Notes: generated by a model not told the origin, from the sequence alone. A stretch of DNA of 64,000 nt from an uncultured Gammaproteobacteria bacterium (GCA_964361785.1 CAYIBX010000003.1:4769-68768), one strand, 5' to 3'. Shown: positions 1-9,688, counted from the first letter of the stretch. Numbers and translations are program-made.

Positions 1-207
1 TTTAGAAATAAATAAAGGAGAGCTGTACTTTATTCCACCCGAAGCCAGACTTACAGTCGTACCAGAAGGATTTACTATCGTGACGGCAGTAGAAAAATTT
101 CCTTTATTATTTACTCCACAGAATAGTAGAGTTGCATTGAAAGATGGCATTCTGTTTATTCCAACCAAAACTACTCAAAAAGGAAAAGCTTGATCTATAG
201 GAGTGAC

Positions 208-2550
208 CTATCGTATTTTTGCTCCCACAGGCATACCTTCTGCAGAAATAAACGACGGTTTTTTTTCACCGTGTTTTCCAAATGGTAATTCTTCCCCATC
301 CACAGCAAGAATCATGCCTTGAGATTCTTCATCCATCATCCGCCTAAAGGCGAGATTTGTAATAAAGAAAAACTGTTTATTCAAAAAATCTTCTGGTGCA
401 TATCCAAATCCACGCACGCCAGTAAAAATAATTCGAGGTTTATCTTCGGAAATATCTACAACGAGTCGAATAAGCTTCTCACTCCCTTCTTTATTTTTTG
501 CTTCCAACACTTTCCCCACCCGAATCTCAACCTTTGCAAAATCATCTATTGTGATTGTTTTTGATAGTTGTTGTTTATCGAGATTATACGTCGTCGTTAA
601 TCCTATCGTTTCTTTCACCTCATTCATCATCTTGCTGGCAATTGCTAGTGCCCTCTCTCTCCCCCGCTCTAATATTTCTTTTACCAGGTTTGGATTTGCT
701 TTCAGTTCTTCATATGCTTTTCGTGCCGGAGCAAAAAATGCCATTAAAGAATCAAATAAATATTGTTTTACTTCTACATCTCCTACTTTTCCTTCAATAT
801 ATGATTTTTTTAGTTCATCAACTTTTTCTTTATGACCAAAGAAATCCAAATAGGTAAACACCATATTGCCCTCAATGTGACCTTTATCCGTCGCGTGTTT
901 TCTGGTGGGATCGGTATACGTTCCATTGACTTGTTTACGTATCACATCTTCCGATTCAAAAATAGAAATAATATTCCCAAGACTTTTGCTCATTTTGCGT
1001 TTTCCATCAGTGCCAAGGATCGCACCGACCTCTTCTGAAATCATAGGATCGGGCAAGGTAAATACTTTTTTCTTGTAGATTTTATTAAACTTATCCGCAA
1101 TATCACGAGTGATCTCGACATGCTGCTTTTGGTCTTTACCAACCGGCACAATGTCAGGGTGATACATAAGAATGTCTGCCGCCATAAGAATGGGATAATT
1201 AAACAATCCAAGGTTAATATCATCTTCTGCAACTTCCTTGGTAAGCTTATCCTTGTACGCATGTGCGCGTTTTAGTAATCCCAATGGGGTAACGTTATTT
1301 AAGATAGATTGCAGCTCACCATGCATTTCTATGTCTGATTGACGATAAAATACCAGTCGATCAAACTCTTCTTTAGTAAGAAATCCTTTAAGAAGCGCGA
1401 GCTCATTTAAAACCAATGCTTCAATGTTTCCGGATAAATGTTTTTTATCTTGTATCGTTGTCAGTCCATGCATATCAGCCACGAACAAGAAGCACTCAAA
1501 TGACTTAACAATTTTTATAAATTGCGCCACTGCTCCTAAATAATTCCCAATGTGAAGCGTCCCATCACCGCTGGGCGTTATCCCAGACACAACTCTTCTC
1601 TTCTCCCGCACGACTCCAATTTCAATCACATCCGCAGCTTTTGCTTTCGTAAAACTTACTAAATCTTTCGGAGAAATTTTTAAATCATATTCCGGACTTC
1701 CTGTACCCAAATATACAAACTCTTTTTCTAAAATAGTTTTATCCATCAACATCAAAAAGTCAGGATTATACAGTGATACATACCCTACCTCGCACCCGGT
1801 CAGTTGCAACACCTCGGTGGGCTTACACATTCGTATTGTGTTAACACCAAGTAGTTGTTTTATTTTTTCTTCTGACAACTGATGATCGTCCCGCCGAAGA
1901 ACGGCAACACTCCCTCTTTCTGTTTGGAAAATAAGTGTCGACACTCCTTGATCTGCATTAATTCCCAAATATGCCAATCCCTCTTCAACAGTTTTAATTG
2001 GCGGGTGTTTAATTATTTCGTGAGGGGTTTTACTCTTTTTTAAGGCATCAAGTGTTTGTGTGTATTTATTTAAATTCACTTTATGAACAGGTTGAATAAA
2101 ATCAACCACTTTTATTCCTGGAATCTTTTTTAGATCTTCTGATTTATACCGAACGGTATAGAGCAAACTTCCCGACCCTGCATTGATATATTCCTTTTCA
2201 AACACCATTGCATCGATATATGTGGGAATATTTGGAATATAAACGCTCGCAGCGCCACTTGGCGCCTTAGTAATTTCCTCAAACTCATCCTCTGTTGCCA
2301 TTCGGAGAGCAGATACACGAAGATACTTTTTTACTTTTGCACTATCAAGCTTGGTGTCCCCTCGACGAATAATCGCAACAAAACGCTCATCTGCTTTCAT
2401 GAGGAGTGTTGCCCCAGCATCATCCATCCCGTACCCTAAATATTTCTGCACATCTTCCACAGAGATAAGCTGTGGGTGCTCAAGCAATTGATGCTCAATC
2501 CCAAACTTTTTTAACTGATCAACATAGTTCTTTACAATTTCATTATTCAT
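208..2550 (-). CDS. trpS: Tryptophanyl-tRNA synthetase (bacterial type) fused to two N-terminal YbaK/ProX-like deacylase domains and a C-terminal Myf/EMAP-type tRNA-binding domain
   Basis: 780-aa ORF. Class I motifs are present, 'ITPSGDGTLHIGNYLGA' (HIGH) and 'KMSKSLGN' (KMSKS), together with 'VPVGKDQKQHVEITRDIA', which is typical of bacterial TrpRS. The N-terminal ~300 aa form two repeats resembling the YbaK/ProX deacylase fold ('...APSGAASVY...INAGSGS', '...TGCEVGYVSL...GTGSPEY'). The C-terminal ~110 aa resemble the OB-fold tRNA-binding domain ('DFAKVEIRVGKVLEAKN...LIRLVVDI'). Confidence 0.8.
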   Translation of the reverse strand: MNNEIVKNYVDQLKKFGIEHQLLEHPQLISVEDVQKYLGYGMDDAGATLLMKADERFVAIIRRGDTKLDSAKVKKYLRVSALRMATEDEFEEITKAPSGAASVYIPNIPTYIDAMVFEKEYINAGSGSLLYTVRYKSEDLKKIPGIKVVDFIQPVHKVNLNKYTQTLDALKKSKTPHEIIKHPPIKTVEEGLAYLGINADQGVSTLIFQTERGSVAVLRRDDHQLSEEKIKQLLGVNTIRMCKPTEVLQLTGCEVGYVSLYNPDFLMLMDKTILEKEFVYLGTGSPEYDLKISPKDLVSFTKAKAADVIEIGVVREKRRVVSGITPSGDGTLHIGNYLGAVAQFIKIVKSFECFLFVADMHGLTTIQDKKHLSGNIEALVLNELALLKGFLTKEEFDRLVFYRQSDIEMHGELQSILNNVTPLGLLKRAHAYKDKLTKEVAEDDINLGLFNYPILMAADILMYHPDIVPVGKDQKQHVEITRDIADKFNKIYKKKVFTLPDPMISEEVGAILGTDGKRKMSKSLGNIISIFESEDVIRKQVNGTYTDPTRKHATDKGHIEGNMVFTYLDFFGHKEKVDELKKSYIEGKVGDVEVKQYLFDSLMAFFAPARKAYEELKANPNLVKEILERGRERALAIASKMMNEVKETIGLTTTYNLDKQQLSKTITIDDFAKVEIRVGKVLEAKNKEGSEKLIRLVVDISEDKPRIIFTGVRGFGYAPEDFLNKQFFFITNLAFRRMMDEESQGMILAVDGEELPFGKHGEKKPSFISAEGMPVGAKIR

Positions 2551-2607
2551 AGATGTTACTTTCTATAATACCGTTTTAATATGCTTTCGGCGAGTATGGA
2601 AAGACAC

Positions 2608-3090
2608 TCACCATAACCATCCATCACCCGATGGACCTTTCGGATTATGATAATACCCATATTCAATTAACTTTTTTGCCATATTGATAATAAATGCAAA
2701 GCTGAAATCTATATTTCTTTCTTCACCTTTGGGTTTTGCAACATACTTAAAGTCAATACCGCTTTTACGATAAATGTCTTGCGTTGCTTCCCAATGATCC
2801 AAGGACCCCCCGATTAATCCCACGCCTCTCGCTCTTTTTGCCACAGGTAACTCATTAAACAGGGCCTGTAAAGGCGGGTCGTGCAACACAAACAACCCTT
2901 TTTGAGTTCTTCCTACCCCAGCCAAACAATTTGATGCATTATCAGTCATGACTACCGCCTTGGGATACCGCTCCGGCCTAAATAGTTGCCTATGACCAGT
3001 CCCTAAGCGGTACGACCGGTCTCCTATTTCCGCAATTTGCTTTTTGTTAAATTCGACTTTATGCAACAAATATTCTCCGAGTTTCATCAT
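2608..3090 (-). CDS. hypothetical protein (possible Rossmann-like fold; function unknown)
   Basis: 160-aa ORF lying between the two TrpRS genes, with a 4-nt overlap with the upstream gene. No motif was recognised with confidence. Confidence 0.45.
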   Translation of the reverse strand: MMKLGEYLLHKVEFNKKQIAEIGDRSYRLGTGHRQLFRPERYPKAVVMTDNASNCLAGVGRTQKGLFVLHDPPLQALFNELPVAKRARGVGLIGGSLDHWEATQDIYRKSGIDFKYVAKPKGEERNIDFSFAFIINMAKKLIEYGYYHNPKGPSGDGWLW

Positions 3091-4178
3091 GCGTTACTCC
3101 TCTTTTTTTGTTGGTCGCCTATCAATGAAACAATAAAATCCGCAGTAATTTTTTTGAGTTCACTTGTGGTCAGGCGACCACTTTCATATTCAGCTCTTAC
3201 TTTTTCGACAAATGCATCATCCGGATGATGGTTCAAAAGAAGCGCAAACACTGAACATATTTCGGGTATCGCCCCATATAATCGGTGGTCTTCAAGCGAA
3301 CTCACTCCTCCCGTATATGCTCTACTAATTTTTTTTCGTATTACTTCTTCCGCATCACTCAAATAAATCGCGGTATTGGGTTTAGATCCGGACATTTTTT
3401 GCTCGGGATCGAGAAGGCTTGGCTGAAACTTTACGACCAATTCACTCGGTGGAATCATGCCCAATTTTTTTGCTACATCCCGCGCCAATAATATATACGG
3501 ATGTTGATCTATGCCGACAGGTATAAGTGTTGGCTTGGAGCCTCCGTATTCTGGCAGTTGTGGTAGAAGAATTTGTGCCAATTGCACCACACCGCGATAA
3601 AATATCTGTCCGACGTTTACAAGCGATTCTTTACCAAACACAGCCATTACCATATCGTAGGTAACCAATCGGCTAATGCTCATCGCGAACCGATAAATGA
3701 TCGGCGTTTCTGTAATGACGTATATGTTTGTCTTTTCCGGCACAAAACCAAATGCGCGAATATCAGGCAGTATTTGTTCGAGTGCGATTTTCTTACTTAC
3801 TTCAATCGTTTCTGCTTTTCCATCTACATATGACTCGTCATTTGTCAGTGGTATCTGCACATCTGCACCAAGCTTTTGGAGATCAACGAGCACGTCAAAG
3901 AGCGCCTTGTGCCCCAAGTGCAACGGTGACGATGGGTTAAGCCCGGACACTACCGTAAACGGCTTGTTCCGCACGATACATTCTATAATCGGCTCGATGT
4001 CCAGATGCGCAAAGACAAACCCCCGGCGCATGGACCGAAAAATATATTTGTCCGGCAAATAGGCTTTCACCCGATCAAGGCTGGATAGTCCGTTTTTCTG
4101 CGCTTCCTTCTTATAATAACGATCAATTTTCTTCGCTGTCTGCAGTTTTTTTTGATATTCTTCAGAATAAATTTTCAT
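3087..4178 (-). CDS. Tryptophanyl-tRNA synthetase, archaeal/eukaryotic type (second TrpRS)
   Basis: The sequence aligns closely with eukaryotic/archaeal TrpRS. 'KPFTVVSGLNPSSPLHLGH' matches '[20 protein letters not shown]', 'LTNDESYV' matches 'MTDDEKYL', 'IPVGIDQHPYILLARDVAKKLG' matches '[22 protein letters not shown]', and 'KMSGSKPNTAIYLSD' matches 'KMSASDPNSSIFLTD'. The start was moved to Met31, which has an AGGAAA ribosome-binding site. Confidence 0.75.
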   Translation of the reverse strand: MKIYSEEYQKKLQTAKKIDRYYKKEAQKNGLSSLDRVKAYLPDKYIFRSMRRGFVFAHLDIEPIIECIVRNKPFTVVSGLNPSSPLHLGHKALFDVLVDLQKLGADVQIPLTNDESYVDGKAETIEVSKKIALEQILPDIRAFGFVPEKTNIYVITETPIIYRFAMSISRLVTYDMVMAVFGKESLVNVGQIFYRGVVQLAQILLPQLPEYGGSKPTLIPVGIDQHPYILLARDVAKKLGMIPPSELVVKFQPSLLDPEQKMSGSKPNTAIYLSDAEEVIRKKISRAYTGGVSSLEDHRLYGAIPEICSVFALLLNHHPDDAFVEKVRAEYESGRLTTSELKKITADFIVSLIGDQQKKRSNA

Positions 4179-5040
4179 ACGTTGTTTCCTTTCTAAAATG
4201 TTTTGCGAGATTAATAATATTCTCAAGATCCCCAACAGGATCGGGAAGCCCCGCCTGTTTCGGGACAAAAGACGTATTAATAAAATCGTTGATACGCTCA
4301 GAAGATGTTTTTTCTAAAAAAATTCTGTGCTCCTGTAATTTATTGCTCCCCGCTTTATACGGCGTAAGACCAAATTCTTCGATTTCTGGGTGTAAAAGAA
4401 AATACATAAAATCCATTCCCAATGGATACGTTGGAGTTAAATAAATACTCTTGTAACACTCTCTTTTTAATTCTTTAGCGACCAACACAGCGGCTTCATC
4501 ATAAAATCGTTCTCGTGGTGGCCCAACTTTAATATCAAACAATAACGACGTGGCTATCGCCTCAGCCCCATATTTATATGCAGTTTTATCTTCCTGATGA
4601 ATCCGATTTTGCAACACTGTTTTTTGAAGCATTGTTTGAATTTTTGGCGACTGTATCACAACATCCTGCATTTGTTTAATCAGCTCTTGCACATGAGGCT
4701 CCTTAAACAACTCACTCATCAACGTCACGTGTATCGGAAGATGATATGTTTGAATAATTTCCTGTATATGACTCAGGCGCTTCTTGCCTTCATCAAAAAT
4801 CGTTTGTGTATCCCCCGAAGACTGATTAATTGCAGACGCGGTATCCGCAATGAGAATAGTTGAATCAGGAAATAACCCCACAAACAAATAATATTTCAAA
4901 GAATCTATCGTGATTCCCAACAGGTCATACGTTTCCCCATACAGAATTTTTACGTTGTCTTTGTTGAACACGTCAAACACCTCCCGTTTTGAAGGGAAGT
5001 AGCCATGAATCATGTTGTTATATTTTTTAAATATCTTCAT
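4162..5040 (-). CDS. TyrRS/TrpRS-like class I aaRS paralog that lacks the HIGH motif (putative pseudo-synthetase)
   Basis: 'GETYDLLGITIDSLKYY...ILIADTASAINQSSG' aligns to archaeal TyrRS 'GFEPSGKIHLGHYLQI...IILLADLHAYLNQKG', but HIGH is replaced by 'TIDS'. A weak KMSKS-like 'KAGSNK' is present. The start was moved to 'MKIFKK' so that the gene does not overlap tRNA-Trp. Confidence 0.45.
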   Translation of the reverse strand: MKIFKKYNNMIHGYFPSKREVFDVFNKDNVKILYGETYDLLGITIDSLKYYLFVGLFPDSTILIADTASAINQSSGDTQTIFDEGKKRLSHIQEIIQTYHLPIHVTLMSELFKEPHVQELIKQMQDVVIQSPKIQTMLQKTVLQNRIHQEDKTAYKYGAEAIATSLLFDIKVGPPRERFYDEAAVLVAKELKRECYKSIYLTPTYPLGMDFMYFLLHPEIEEFGLTPYKAGSNKLQEHRIFLEKTSSERINDFINTSFVPKQAGLPDPVGDLENIINLAKHFRKETTYENLF

Positions 5041-5041
5041 A

Positions 5042-5114
5042 GGTGGGATCATCAGGATTCGAACCTGAACAAAGTGTTCTGGAGACACTTGTGCTACCGT
5101 TACACCATGAACCC
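5042..5114 (-). tRNA. tRNA-Trp (anticodon CCA)
   Basis: On the minus strand the sequence GGGTTCATGGTGTAACGGTAGCACAAGTGTCTCCAGAACACTTTGTTCAGGTTCGAATCCTGATGATCCCACC folds as a cloverleaf. It has a D-arm with GG, an anticodon loop CTCCAGA (CCA) and a T-arm GGTTCGAATCC. There is one T·T mismatch in the acceptor stem. Confidence 0.85.
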
Positions 5115-5144
5115 AAGCTAACTTTCTCGGCTATCGCCGAGTGC

Positions 5145-5423
5145 TTAATGCCAGAGGCCAAATGTTCCTACAGCATCAGCAAATCTTTGCGTTCGATCAG
5201 ATTCTTCAACAGAATGACACTCAAAACATTCAAAAACTTCAATAGTATGATTCATATCGTCTTTTCTTGTCGAGAATACTATGTCTCCAGTTAATGTACA
5301 TTCAGGATTATGTGAATGATTAGCAACTCTTCGTCTGCGTGATCGCTCTTCGTTCGCCTTAGTCCGTTCCGCAAAATAAGATCGAATTTGAGACTCTACT
5401 TTATTTAACTTCATAGGTTTCAC
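5145..5423 (-). CDS. small zinc-ribbon protein, possibly a divergent ribosomal protein L31
   Basis: 92-aa ORF containing '...EVFECFECHSV...', which is similar to the L31 segment 'VEICSECHPF'. The basic N-terminus is not typical of L31, so the assignment is tentative. Confidence 0.3.
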   Translation of the reverse strand: MKPMKLNKVESQIRSYFAERTKANEERSRRRRVANHSHNPECTLTGDIVFSTRKDDMNHTIEVFECFECHSVEESDRTQRFADAVGTFGLWH

Positions 5424-5462
5424 CTCCTTTCAAAAAATATCTTTTTATTCAATCAACAATAT

Positions 5463-5735
5463 CTACCGCTCTTGAAACACCTTCTTTCGCAAACAACCTG
5501 TACATCTAATGTAGGTAGTGTTAGCAAAACCACCATCATGTACTCCCCAAGATCCTCCGCCACCATACACATACACTCTTTCAGCTCCAATCTGTAAATA
5601 ATCCGCTGCCTCAGCAAGAGCCTTACCATTAGCAGGGCATGATTTTGCATGATCAAAAGAAACCATGGCATCTCCTGCCGTAACTTCTTTAGGTTGTAGA
5701 AATTGCATAATAATTGCTACTATTCTTTCTTTCAT
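5463..5735 (-). CDS. hypothetical glycine-rich small protein
   Basis: 90-aa ORF with a GGAG ribosome-binding site upstream of the ATG. An alternative 72-aa frame overlaps it. No homolog was recognised. Confidence 0.35.
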   Translation of the reverse strand: MKERIVAIIMQFLQPKEVTAGDAMVSFDHAKSCPANGKALAEAADYLQIGAERVYVYGGGGSWGVHDGGFANTTYIRCTGCLRKKVFQER

Positions 5736-6185
5736 ATTTTTTACTCCAAAACCACCATCCTCCCCATCTTCCCTCTCGCCTTACCTACTATTCGTAGCGC
5801 GGCTCGAGGAGCGATGTTGGGGGATTGATCGGCAATTAAGCTCATAAATAAGCATTTATTCGCAAAATTGCCATCAAAAAAAGCCCTTGCAAATCCACGA
5901 GATGAAACTCATGAATCTACAAGGGCTCTCAAAAGAGAACGGTACCACCTTGCTTATCGCCTACAATAATCCCGGCAAATGCCGGGAGATGTAAGAAATA
6001 TCTTTACATGCTCCGCTTATGGCGACACATGGTGCTGATATTTTTACAGTTCAGCTTCTGGACTTGATTTAAGAGTCAGCTACCTCAGAACAATTAATAG
6101 GAATTAATTTTCTGAGTAGACCCGGTTCCAACCCTCCGGATCAACGCTTTTATTTACTTCTTGAATACGTAGTATACCACACCTG

Positions 6186-6578
6186 TCAAATTTCATTCTC
6201 AAAATCGTATATTCGTACTCCGAGGATTTTTTCAAAATGCTTTTTATTGAGCGTCACTACCTCTGCTCCAATTTCGTATGCGGTTGCAGCAATAACATAG
6301 TCAGCTAGCGATACACCCTCTCTTGCATCCTGAAACAATATCCCTGCGTGTTGTGCTATTCTTTCGGTTAAATCTACTCTCTGAAAATACTTGAGCATCA
6401 CTCGAATTTTTTTCTCAACATTTTTATTTCTAGTACTTAATCCTGAATACAGCTCAAAAACAACCGCAGTTGGCAAAAACAATTCCATCTCCTTCTCAAC
6501 TTTGGAAAAAAGCATATTCCATCGTTTCCCGCCACGGAGAGCGTCGATAATAATACTCGTGTCTACTACTAATTTCAT
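6186..6578 (-). CDS. vapC: PIN-domain toxin VapC
   Basis: 'MKLVVDTSIIID' is a PIN-domain signature, and the gene is immediately downstream of a Phd/YefM-type antitoxin. Confidence 0.85.
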   Translation of the reverse strand: MKLVVDTSIIIDALRGGKRWNMLFSKVEKEMELFLPTAVVFELYSGLSTRNKNVEKKIRVMLKYFQRVDLTERIAQHAGILFQDAREGVSLADYVIAATAYEIGAEVVTLNKKHFEKILGVRIYDFENEI

Positions 6579-6585
6579 GTTTTTT

Positions 6586-6852
6586 TCATTTTATATCCCA
6601 TGTGCCCCATGATTTTATCATTTTTGGATTTCTAAGCGGGCTTTGTTGAAGATCAAAGTCTTTCGCAATTCCATGAGCCGCCTTCATTGCTTTATAAAGC
6701 CCTTTCCAATCAGTCTTGGTCGTTTTTGGGATTATCTCAGCAACTTCTTTTGTGTCTCTTACTACTGTCACCTTGGCACCCAAGGCCACTTGATTAAGCA
6801 GTTCAAAAAAATTATTCCGTGCGGCAGTTGCCGAGACTCTGATAGTATTCAT
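6586..6852 (-). CDS. Phd/YefM-family antitoxin (VapB-like)
   Basis: 'TAARNNFFELLNQV' is a Phd/YefM N-terminal signature. The 88-aa gene is paired with vapC. Confidence 0.8.
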   Translation of the reverse strand: MNTIRVSATAARNNFFELLNQVALGAKVTVVRDTKEVAEIIPKTTKTDWKGLYKAMKAAHGIAKDFDLQQSPLRNPKMIKSWGTWDIK

Positions 6853-6885
6853 ATAATGGTATTATAGCGTGTAATGTACACCTTG

Positions 6886-7239
6886 TCAATAGACATTCTC
6901 ATAATGAGTTAATCTTAGTACTTCATTATTTTCATCCAACACAATGGCAACGATGTCAATACGGCATGGCAACTCTTTACCTTTCATATACATTATTGCC
7001 ATGTTTCGAATACGAAAAAGCTTGCCTTTCCCAACCATCTCCTCAGGCAATCCAAACTCCTCCCCTGTTTTTGTTTTCACTTCTACAAATACGAGTGTAT
7101 TTTTGTCTTTTGCAATAATATCAATTTCTCCGAACTTATTAGAAAAATTTCTTTCAAGAATTTCATAATTCTTTTTGAAAAGAAAAGTAACAGCGGCATC
7201 TTCACCTAAATCACCTGTTTTACGGTTGTGCTGTTTCAT
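6886..7239 (-). CDS. yraN: YraN-family endonuclease (UPF0102)
   Basis: 'GEIDIIAKDKNTLVFVEVKTK' is the YraN signature. Confidence 0.8.
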   Translation of the reverse strand: MKQHNRKTGDLGEDAAVTFLFKKNYEILERNFSNKFGEIDIIAKDKNTLVFVEVKTKTGEEFGLPEEMVGKGKLFRIRNMAIMYMKGKELPCRIDIVAIVLDENNEVLRLTHYENVY

Positions 7240-7327
7240 GTTTTCGAATGACGAACGTAAATTTTTGCACGCAGCAATCCGGAATTCTTATTCCAGGGAC
7301 GCGAGTACATAAAATTTATGCGAGTCA

Positions 7328-8869
7328 TCATGTAAACTGTTTATACTGCAACGCTTCGGCCATATGCACTGGAAGGATCGTTTCTTCTCCTTCAAGATCT
7401 GCTATTGTTCGAGAAACTTTGATAAGCCTCATATAACTTCTTGCCGAGAAGTCATACTTCTCTGCTGCTACTTTCAAAAAATTCTCAGCTTCCGGCGTGA
7501 GGTGACAATATTTCTTAATGTCGCGATTACGCATTTGAGAGTTGGTATATAATGTCGTTCCCTCAAAACGTTTTGTTTGAACAGATCGAGCTTTCACAAC
7601 CATGTGTTTTGCCTGCCGAGAGGTCAAGCTGTTTGCGTCATGCTCTTGTGTTACAGAAAGCTTCTCTACTTCTACAGGCGCCACCATGACTGTTAAATCA
7701 ATGCGATCAATAATCGGACCTGATAATCGATGTCTATATTTTGCGATCTGTTTTTGCGTGCAGGTACACGCTCTTCGTGGATGCCCCAAGTAGCCGCATG
7801 GGCATGGGTTAATAGCTGCAATCAGTGTAAAACTTGCGGGATATTTTACATGCCCCATCACCCGAACAATTTCTACTACCCCATCTTCCATGGGTTGCCG
7901 TATTCCCTCTAAAACACTTCGCGAAAATTCCGGCATCTCATCCAAAAATAATACGCCAAGATGCGCTAAACTCACTTCCCCAGGCTGTGGACTAGACCCT
8001 CCTCCAATAAGACCGGCAGCCGATACACCATGATGAGGACTGCGAAATGGCCGTTTCGAAATAATTGGGGTGCCTGGAGATAGAAGCCCAGAAACCGAAT
8101 AAATACGCGTCACTTCCAAGGCTTCTTGTGGCTCAAGAGGAGGAAGAATTCCTGGTAAAGCTCGAGCCAACATTGTTTTGCCGGTACCAGGTGGCCCCCA
8201 CATCAATAAATTATGCCCACCGGCCGCTGCAATTATAAGCGCCCGCTTAGCCTGCTCTTGACCTGCAATATCTTTCAAATCACTTTCAGTATTTTCATAT
8301 TCATCAACTGTATGAATTATTTCGTGAACAAGGGGTGTTATAACCCGTGTTCCAAAAATGTGTTCTGCAAGATCAGTGAGTGTCCCAACAGGATAAACAT
8401 CGACACCCTCTACCATCGTCGCTTCACCTGCCGACAATTTAGGTACAAACATCGCGGAATTTTTCAAATTTTTTGCATACAGTGCCAAAAGAAGAATGCC
8501 TCTGGTTGGCCGAAGAGTACCATCAAGAGAAAGTTCACCATAAAAAAATACGTGTGCACCAAAAAACTCTTTTTTCAATTCAAGCTGCCCGCTAGCTGCC
8601 AATACGCCGATTGCAATCGGCAAATCGTACGCTGCCCCATCTTTTGGAAGATCAGCAGGAGCCAAATTTACCGTAATTTTTTTTGGTGGAAAATCAAAAC
8701 CAGAATTAATTATTGCAGTTTTTACCCGCTCACGCGCTTCTTCTACAGCCTTGCTTGCCAAGCCTACAATCGTAAACCCAGGAAATCCTTGGCTTGCTAC
8801 ATCGACCTCTACATCAATCGGAACCGTCTCAAGGCCAATCGTTGCAATAGAACTAATTTTAACCAACAT
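7328..8869 (-). CDS. comM: YifB/ComM-family Mg-chelatase-like AAA+ ATPase
   Basis: The N-terminus 'MLVKISSIATIGLETVPIDVEVDVASQGFPGFTIVGL' is typical of the family, as are the Walker A 'GPPGTGKT' and the C-terminal domain. The start was moved to this Met, which has a GGAGGAAAA ribosome-binding site. Confidence 0.9.
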   Translation of the reverse strand: MLVKISSIATIGLETVPIDVEVDVASQGFPGFTIVGLASKAVEEARERVKTAIINSGFDFPPKKITVNLAPADLPKDGAAYDLPIAIGVLAASGQLELKKEFFGAHVFFYGELSLDGTLRPTRGILLLALYAKNLKNSAMFVPKLSAGEATMVEGVDVYPVGTLTDLAEHIFGTRVITPLVHEIIHTVDEYENTESDLKDIAGQEQAKRALIIAAAGGHNLLMWGPPGTGKTMLARALPGILPPLEPQEALEVTRIYSVSGLLSPGTPIISKRPFRSPHHGVSAAGLIGGGSSPQPGEVSLAHLGVLFLDEMPEFSRSVLEGIRQPMEDGVVEIVRVMGHVKYPASFTLIAAINPCPCGYLGHPRRACTCTQKQIAKYRHRLSGPIIDRIDLTVMVAPVEVEKLSVTQEHDANSLTSRQAKHMVVKARSVQTKRFEGTTLYTNSQMRNRDIKKYCHLTPEAENFLKVAAEKYDFSARSYMRLIKVSRTIADLEGEETILPVHMAEALQYKQFT

Positions 8870-9668
8870 AATATTTTCCTCCCCGTTCTGTAATTTGACC
8901 AGTAATTGACAACAAGGACAACTGAGCACCGATGTCAGACACTGGTTTTCCTAATTTTCTTGACAATTCACTTGCGGTAAAGGCTTCAGTTTGAAGTAAA
9001 GAAATAAGTGGATCATCTGATTTTTGCATCGGCTTTGGATGATCCCCCAACCACATTGTTGCATGCCCATCTTTTATCAACTGATTTGTGCCACTTGATA
9101 AACGATTTGTAATTTCCCCAGGCACCGCCCATACAGTTCGCTTTAATTTACGGCCAAGATTTGCAGTAATGAGCGATCCGCTTTTTTCAGCCGCCTCTAC
9201 CACAATAATATCAGTAGAGAGCGCTGCTACAATACGATTTCTCACAGGAAACGTCCAGAGGGTTGGTTGTTGATGTTCCCACTCGCTTATAATTAATCCT
9301 CCTGAGGAGATGATAGATTCAGCAAGCTTTCTATCTTCATCTTCTAATTCTTTTGAAATCCCCCACCCTAAGATTGCAATTGTTTTCCCTCCGTTTTCAA
9401 TACAAATCTTATGTGCGTATTGATCAGCGCCATACATAAATCCAGAAATGATTGTTTTATTCTCAAAAACAAGCTTTGGAATTATTTTTTCGATCACGCG
9501 CTTTCCGTATTCGGTAATTCGTCGGCTACCAATAACCGCTACACAGTTAGTAAAAAGTCTTGAATGGAGCTCGCCTTGATAAAAGATGTGTTTTGGAGGG
9601 TTAGGAAGATCTAAAAGACCAGAAAACTCTGGCACAGTTTTCCAATCGGACAGACATTGGTACTGCAT
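8859..9668 (-). CDS. dprA: DNA processing protein DprA (Smf)
   Basis: 'IAVIGSRRITEYG...ISGFMYGADQYAH...VVEAAEKSGSLITA' matches the DprA Rossmann domain. Confidence 0.85.
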   Translation of the reverse strand: MQYQCLSDWKTVPEFSGLLDLPNPPKHIFYQGELHSRLFTNCVAVIGSRRITEYGKRVIEKIIPKLVFENKTIISGFMYGADQYAHKICIENGGKTIAILGWGISKELEDEDRKLAESIISSGGLIISEWEHQQPTLWTFPVRNRIVAALSTDIIVVEAAEKSGSLITANLGRKLKRTVWAVPGEITNRLSSGTNQLIKDGHATMWLGDHPKPMQKSDDPLISLLQTEAFTASELSRKLGKPVSDIGAQLSLLSITGQITERGGKYYVG

Positions 9669-9688
9669 GCGCTAAGTGTAGCATATTG

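Noticed and set aside
5043-5294. 83-aa plus-strand ORF
   Set aside because: It lies entirely over tRNA-Trp and the 3' end of the L31-like gene on the other strand, so it is a spurious frame.
6030-6075. SRP RNA, suggested by the 'GGTGCTG ... CAGCTTCTGG' hairpin
   Set aside because: The conserved domain IV symmetric-loop sequence (GGAA tetraloop followed by GCAGCC) is absent on both strands.
8213-8893. 226-aa plus-strand ORF
   Set aside because: It is an antisense frame inside the well-supported comM gene, with low-complexity Cys/Phe/Asn-rich sequence.
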